DNA of 64,000 nucleotides. It comes from Pyrinomonadaceae bacterium. GTDB taxonomy: Bacteria; Acidobacteriota; Blastocatellia; Pyrinomonadales; Pyrinomonadaceae. The stretch spans positions 32,001 through 96,000 of the forward strand of contig JBKBYA010000008.1 in NCBI GenBank assembly GCA_046313635.1, written 5' to 3'. Under the pieces are notes generated by a model. It did not search any database. It worked only from the letters and a program-made list of their open reading frames with translations, and was not told the origin of the DNA. Shown piece after piece: positions 59,901-64,000 of this stretch (position 1 is its first letter; each line of letters opens with the position of its first letter). A program made the position numbers and the translations under genes.

Positions 59901-60271
59901 GTCACTTCCGCGGCGACATTACCGGCGCCGAGCGTGAAGTTTGCGTCGGTCGCACGGCCGACCTGGACCTCGACGTTCAGCGTCTGCTCGCCAAAGCTTG
60001 CTCCGGTCGCCTTGACCGTATAAAAGCCGGGCTGGAGCAGCACAAAGCGGTAAACGCCGTCATCGCTGGTCGTGACGGTCTGCGTCTGGTTGGTCGCCTT
60101 GCTGGTCAGCGTAACGGTCGCGTTAGGAACCACGGCCCCAGTGCTGTCCGATACGACACCGGTGATCTGACCCGTGCCCGCCTGAGCCTGTGCTGCTGCC
60201 GTCGAACTAAAGATCATGACAGCGGCCAGGAGGACGATCAGACTCGAAAGAACTTTTTTGATCATGAGCAT
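56927..60271 (-). CDS. Oar-like TonB-dependent receptor with N-terminal carboxypeptidase-regulatory-like domain
   Basis: Signal peptide, ITGVVSDSTGAVVPNA, LPINGRRFQDF, AEFGRSTGGIVNVVTKSGTN, PRLGFAWD and C-terminal QLGARFQF. Confidence 0.93.
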   Translation of the reverse strand: MLMIKKVLSSLIVLLAAVMIFSSTAAAQAQAGTGQITGVVSDSTGAVVPNATVTLTSKATNQTQTVTTSDDGVYRFVLLQPGFYTVKATGASFGEQTLNVEVQVGRATDANFTLGAGNVAAEVTVTAEGVQTTQSNADAVISETAITNLPINGRRFQDFVTLTPTAQVDPSRGQISLSGQRGINSNINVDGVDFNQPFFGGIRGGERSNSSFTIPQEGIREFQVVAAGYSAEFGRSTGGIVNVVTKSGTNNLRGSLFYQIRPRQLARGNSYAKALQEQRLSQIVVNGRTGVDATLAPTLQQFGGSIGGPIVKDKLFYFATYEQQRFRAPRQILYPTLIGITPTATQLAVYNYYRGQEVPFTQTNDAYAGLGKIDWNINNNNRFNTRFNYSQNKALNGVSTGETSFDPTTSRALGTNGTEQDKNWSSVSQLVTNFTPSVVNDLRVQYAREERPRLANELKPNVFTGIGEFGTRNFLPTTQFDTRLQFADSLTWLAGNHTLKFGGEYSRIHAEQIFGFGQTGEYSLSIGSSSSAINDTLRIMSARDSTSPATFLGRFDDTRAIYRQQIGNLQAAIKVQELAFFAQDSWRLTPRFTLNFGLRAEQQYNPEPDVSNTDLVNLVRNASFPRMGGRGVDPTQIPDSGWQWGPRLGFAWDPAGDGKTVVRAFSGIYYARTPLLLLADSINNYRNPPGNVRAILGSGGVTFNQTAFNTFLNTPAAAQYIAITGCVPNQTPVDPRCVANTIYRQFAIIGINLNNVAIDSLPTLTPAQVQTIGAAINPSFNPNIINGIQVTSTDPNFKNPESIQFGFGVEREVATNWVIGIDYSQVRTNFLQRNVDVNLPAPILLSTALDPSQRPIIGITRPQVIPSTATWTNRTRPVSQLSSVQVRESSARSFYQAVTFRTRLNRKWGLINAYYTWSRNRSDDDNERDSGGVLYTNPYDLRAEFGPSRLDRTHQFVANPVFFAPFGFEVGSAIRIRSGSPINTTVGSDLNGDGLNNDRPFLVPGIELPRNFYRNRPTYDIDLRVQKGFRFDETKRLILFTEFFNIFNFSNTQISGGQTNYCSAAVAGQPNRCGLDGITNPNFLRVRNTSDQIIVSNNPGSQVFQMQLGARFQF

Positions 60272-60783
60272 TTGTGACCTCGATTTTTCAAAATGACGTT
60301 AGATAAATTGCGTCGGCTTAAGGCCGAAGATCTATATTCCGAATTTCGGATTTTTCTCCTGCTTTTTGAATTCAGCACGTACTTATACAACAGCTCGCCG
60401 AAAATCAGAAACCGCCGGAAATCTTCCGAAACTTACCTGTAACTTCTTGATCAGTACAATGTTGACCGCACTGACCGTAAAACTTTGTTTGGGTGACTGC
60501 TATCTTGAGAGCTGTGAGCCTTAAAGTACGCGTAGGAGAATGCAATCCGAGTTCCCTAAGCCGGCGGCTCGGCGGCCCATGAGGCCTGCAAACGGCGTAA
60601 ACGCCCTCCTCACCCACGGCCCGACGGGCCCTGGACGAGGCACGGCCATCCCATTGGATTCGGGTTTCTCGATTTTTCGACATTTAAGCCGGGCGTAACG
60701 GCCGATCGGGCGTGGCAGGGACCGGCACTTTGTCGATCCCGGGAAGTATTTGCGGGATATGACCCTTTAGGCGGGACCGAAAC

Positions 60784-60812
60784 TTGACTTTTTTGTAAGA
60801 AGGGCGTAAGTT
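60784..60812 (+). promoter_or_regulatory. Candidate sigma70 promoter
   Basis: TTGACT, 17 nt, TAAGTT upstream of the 60888 gene. Confidence 0.5.
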
Positions 60813-60887
60813 TGGCGGGATAACTCGACCGCTGGAGACGAGTCTGGTTATTTGAAATTACGGGATCGAGTATGGGGGGAAATAAAT

Positions 60888-61289
60888 ATGGCTCAATTAG
60901 ATTATTCTGCATCGTCATATAGGACGCCGGTGCAGCACCGAATTTTGGCTAACATGCCGGTCCAGGCTAGCTGGATCGATTCGGAGAGTGGCAAGAAAGT
61001 AAAGGTAGAGGGCCTGACGGAACACGTCGGCGAGAATGGCACCTTGGTGAATCTGGAAGTTCTACCGCCAGTTGGAAGCGAGGTAAAACTCACAATTCTC
61101 GACGAAGACAAAGCAATCATAGAAGTTTCTACTCAGGTGATCCGCGTCGAACGTGATCCGAGCAAGCCGCTCGCAGCCCTTTCGGTCTTGCAGAATCTGA
61201 AAAAATGGAAGCAGGTCGCTATCACGGCCGCCGAAAATTGGGTGCGACGTCACTGGCAGTTGAATTACGAAGAAGAGTGGGTCAACTAA
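60888..61289 (+). CDS. Small PilZ-like beta-barrel protein
   Basis: R..vq.HR...mPV, TEHVGENG.LV, GSEVKL and VIRV resemble a degenerate PilZ fold. Purine-rich RBS. Confidence 0.55.
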   Translation: MAQLDYSASSYRTPVQHRILANMPVQASWIDSESGKKVKVEGLTEHVGENGTLVNLEVLPPVGSEVKLTILDEDKAIIEVSTQVIRVERDPSKPLAALSVLQNLKKWKQVAITAAENWVRRHWQLNYEEEWVN

Positions 61290-61314
61290 CTCTTCTGTCG
61301 TAGAGGCAATCAGG

Positions 61315-61361
61315 AAGCGGAGGCTTTTGAAGACAATTCAAAAGCCTCCGCTTATTATTTT
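61315..61361 (+). terminator. Intrinsic terminator
   Basis: Perfect 17-bp stem AAGCGGAGGCTTTTGAA/TTCAAAAGCCTCCGCTT, then ATTATTTT. Confidence 0.8.
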
Positions 61362-61426
61362 GTCTGCGGCCGTCGGCCGGGGCCGCGTGCACAACGCGCC
61401 GCCTGCCGGCCGCATCCCTTGTTTCG

Positions 61427-62491
61427 ATGAAATTGTCTTGCATTCTGGCGATCGCTTTGGCGGTGTCGACCGTCGCCTTTTCGCAGTCAAAACCGCTGAC
61501 CCAGGCCGAGTTCGTCAAGCTTCTCTACGCGCTCCAAAAGGAGCCGGACGCAAAGACCCGGATCGTCGAGGCGCTCCGCAGCCGGGGCATCGATTTTGTG
61601 CTCACCGACGGCATTCGCGGACTCGCCCGCTCGAAATCGGGAAATGACGAGGATCTCCGCCGTGCCCTCGAGGAGGCCGAACGCCGACGCCGCGACCCGG
61701 CCGGCTCGGTGCTGCCGCCTCCAGCCGAAGCGGCGGTCGCTCTCGAAAGGACGAGGACCAACACGCTCGCCGCACTGGACGAGATGCCCGACTTTGTCGT
61801 CAAGCAGCAGATCCAGAGATCGGCCGCTTATGCCGGCACGGGCAATTATCGAGATCTAGACAAACTCGTCGTCGCCGTCAGCTACCGAGCCGAGGGTCAG
61901 GAAGAGTACAAGGTCCTCTCTTTGAACGGCGTCATTCAGAACGACCCGAAACCGAAACAAAGCTATGAGGAGGTCGGCGGGACGAGCTCCACGGGCGAAT
62001 TCGTCACGGTGCTTGCGACCATCTTCAAACCCGAGAGCGAGACCAGATTCGAGGCCGTCGAGACCGACGTCGTCCGCGGCCGCCGCGCGATCGTTTTTAA
62101 TTTTGATGTCGATCAGGAGCGTGCGAGACAGACGCTCGGCTGCAAGACGCTGATCGATAACTTTACGCGGACCGGGATGAAGGGCCGTATCTGGATAGAC
62201 CGGGCCGATTTCAGGGTACTGCGGATCGAGAGCGAGGCCACGGGCATCCCGGCAAACTTTCCCTGCCCGACCGCGAAGCGGATCATCGATTACGATTGGG
62301 CGACGATCGCCGATCAACGATATCTGCTGCCGCTCGTCTCGGACGTCCGACTGACGGTCAGAGATAAGGACAGACTCTTTGAGACGCGCAATCTGATCAG
62401 GTTCAAGAACTATCAGAAGTACGGCTCCGAGATCAGGATACTGGACGACGACGAGACGACGCCGGCCGAGGAAAAAAAGCCGCAGCAGTGA
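61427..62491 (+). CDS. Secreted hypothetical protein
   Basis: Signal peptide (AFS-Q), long ORF with host-like codon use, motifs PDFVVKQ, STGEF, GRIWID and YLLP. Confidence 0.75.
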   Translation: MKLSCILAIALAVSTVAFSQSKPLTQAEFVKLLYALQKEPDAKTRIVEALRSRGIDFVLTDGIRGLARSKSGNDEDLRRALEEAERRRRDPAGSVLPPPAEAAVALERTRTNTLAALDEMPDFVVKQQIQRSAAYAGTGNYRDLDKLVVAVSYRAEGQEEYKVLSLNGVIQNDPKPKQSYEEVGGTSSTGEFVTVLATIFKPESETRFEAVETDVVRGRRAIVFNFDVDQERARQTLGCKTLIDNFTRTGMKGRIWIDRADFRVLRIESEATGIPANFPCPTAKRIIDYDWATIADQRYLLPLVSDVRLTVRDKDRLFETRNLIRFKNYQKYGSEIRILDDDETTPAEEKKPQQ

Positions 62492-62494
62492 CGA

Positions 62495-62629
62495 TCACTT
62501 GATGGCAAAGTAGGCGACGGCCGCCGGCACGATCAGCCATAGGAGGCCCTTGATCAAAAAGAACAGGAATGCCGCCAGGCCGACCCGTTTGCTCCATTTC
62601 GCCGTCGAGGTGTCTCTACTGACTTTCAC
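62495..62629 (-). CDS. 44-aa single-pass membrane protein (below ORF-track cutoff)
   Basis: GTG...TGA encodes MKVSRDTSTAKWSKRVGLAAFLFFLIKGLLWLIVPAAVAYFAIK. TG-C-TATTCT lies 9 nt upstream. Confidence 0.7.
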   Translation of the reverse strand: MKVSRDTSTAKWSKRVGLAAFLFFLIKGLLWLIVPAAVAYFAIK

Positions 62630-62738
62630 CGCGAGCTCAGAATAGCATCTCAAGCTTGTCATATTCGATCCTCGGCGGCCCGCGGTTGGCTAACGGCGAC
62701 GCGGCTCGGCTAAACTCGATCCAAAGGAGGCCATCGGA

Positions 62739-63410
62739 ATGCGTCATCTGCTGACCAAGCTCTCCGCAGTCACTATAAATCTAATTCTGCTCGCGACAGC
62801 CGCGGCGGCACAGAACGCTCCGCCGCGCGAAGCGGGCAAACGCGAGGCAGATCTGGTAGAACTCACTAAACTCAGCAAGTCGATCAAGCTCGATATTCAT
62901 TACGCCCGCTCGGACAATTTTGTCGGGCGGCCCGTTTATACCGAGGCACGTGCTTTCCTGCAGCGGCCCGCGGCCGAGGCCCTGCTCGAGGTGCACCGCG
63001 AGCTTAAAAAGAAGGGGCTTGGTCTCGTGATCTTTGACGCGTACCGCCCGTGGTCGGTGACAAAGCTCTTCTGGGACGTGGTGCCCGAGGACAAGCGAAA
63101 GTTCGTCGCCGATCCCGCAAAAGGCTCAAAGCACAATCGCGGATGCGCCGTCGACCTCAGCGTCTACGACCTCAAGACCGGAAAGCTCCTGCCGATGCCG
63201 TCCGGCTATGACGAATTCACCGAGCGTGCCTCGCCCGATTACCGCGGCGGCACCGCGGAGGAGCGGGCCAACCGCGATATGCTTCGCCGACTGATGGAGG
63301 CGCACGGCTTCACGGTCAATCCAAACGAATGGTGGCATTTCGACTTCAAGGATTGGGAGCGGTACGCGATCTACGACATCGCCTTCGCGGACGTGAATGG
63401 TCGCAAATAG
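62739..63410 (+). CDS. D-Ala-D-Ala dipeptidase (M15D, VanX/DdpX-like), exported
   Basis: DAYRP, SKHNRGCAVD (SxHxxGxAxD) and EWWHF. AGGAGG RBS. Confidence 0.92.
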   Translation: MRHLLTKLSAVTINLILLATAAAAQNAPPREAGKREADLVELTKLSKSIKLDIHYARSDNFVGRPVYTEARAFLQRPAAEALLEVHRELKKKGLGLVIFDAYRPWSVTKLFWDVVPEDKRKFVADPAKGSKHNRGCAVDLSVYDLKTGKLLPMPSGYDEFTERASPDYRGGTAEERANRDMLRRLMEAHGFTVNPNEWWHFDFKDWERYAIYDIAFADVNGRK

Positions 63411-63414
63411 TTTT

Positions 63415-63452
63415 GCCGCGAGGAGCGCGTCGCTTGCTGCGCTCCTCGCGGC
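63415..63452. terminator. Hairpin between convergent genes
   Basis: Perfect 14-bp stem GCCGCGAGGAGCGC/GCGCTCCTCGCGGC. Confidence 0.6.
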
Positions 63453-63473
63453 GTCGAAAGAATGGAGCCGCGG

Positions 63474-64000
63474 CTACTCGCTCTTAGGCGCGGCCGCGGC
63501 TTTCGGCATCACGGCCTCGATCGCCAGCACAACTTTGACGCTGTCGTCCACCGACGGCGTTCCATTCGGTAATTTTGAATCGTAATTCACGCCGTAATCG
63601 CGGCGGTTGATAATGGTCTCCGCCGTGACGCCCATCCGCATCCCGCTCCGCTCATTTCCCGGGACGAAGCCCGCGATCTCAAAAGGAAAGGTGATCGACC
63701 TGGTGACGCCCTTCAGCGTAAGGTCGCCGGTGATCATCAGGTTCTTTCCCTTCTTCGTGACGCGCGTGCTCTTAAAGGTCATCTCGGGGTAGGTTTCCAC
63801 TTCAAAAAAGTCCTTTGACCGAAGGTGATTGTCTCGTCCGGCGACGCCTGTGTCGATGCTCGTCACCTTGGCGGCGAACTCGACCGACGACCGCGTCACG
63901 TCCGCCGCGTCGTAGCTGATCTTGCCGGTAAAGTCCCGAAAGAAACCGGGCACTTCGATCAGCCCCATATGCTTGACCTTGAACCCGATGAATGTATGAG
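63474..64000 (-). CDS. YceI family lipid/polyisoprenoid-binding protein (5' end off window)
   Basis: HTFIGFKVKHMG, SIDTG...RDNHLRSKDFF, GDLTLKGVT and INRRDYG. Confidence 0.9.
   Translation of the reverse strand, partial: HTFIGFKVKHMGLIEVPGFFRDFTGKISYDAADVTRSSVEFAAKVTSIDTGVAGRDNHLRSKDFFEVETYPEMTFKSTRVTKKGKNLMITGDLTLKGVTRSITFPFEIAGFVPGNERSGMRMGVTAETIINRRDYGVNYDSKLPNGTPSVDDSVKVVLAIEAVMPKAAAAPKSE

Noticed and set aside
62739..63410. VanX-like gene as vancomycin resistance
   Set aside because: No vanH, vanA or vanRS nearby and the protein has a signal peptide, so a housekeeping D-Ala-D-Ala dipeptidase is more likely.

Overview
A GC-rich bacterial chromosomal window. The gene repertoire (Oar-type TonB-dependent receptor, TolB-propeller Ser/Thr kinase, carboxypeptidase-regulatory/TPR protein) suggests Acidobacteriota, probably Blastocatellia; this is inference. 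Housekeeping and envelope genes include cstA, terC behind a yybP-ykoY Mn riboswitch, serC, selA, a cold-shock gene, kynA, hemW, purL, rmlB/rmlD, a wzc-like kinase, recN, a vanX-like dipeptidase and yceI. A complete type I-E CRISPR-Cas locus (cas3-cas8e-cse2-cas7-cas5-cas6e-cas1-cas2) is followed by 22 identical 29-bp repeats and 21 spacers. The strongest unannotated signal is a set of short-period palindromic elements. A GxxExxY nuclease-like gene is bracketed by inverted arms made of 9-bp units. Gene-less hairpins with 7-bp or 9/10-bp periodic arms and REP-like units are nested in one another on both sides of recN. The same element classes sit in frame inside hemW, purL and recN, adding peptide loops. 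Other candidates are a 242-nt same-strand dual-coding overlap (histone-H1-like tail over a DigH/YddW-like hydrolase), a receptor kinase followed by a Gly-Gly/Cys-rich peptide gene, a Cys-rich insertion in the Cas3 HD domain, an 87/88-bp tandem duplication after the CRISPR array, apparent leaderless genes and a 44-aa membrane protein missed by the ORF track. All calls were made by eye with no database searches.
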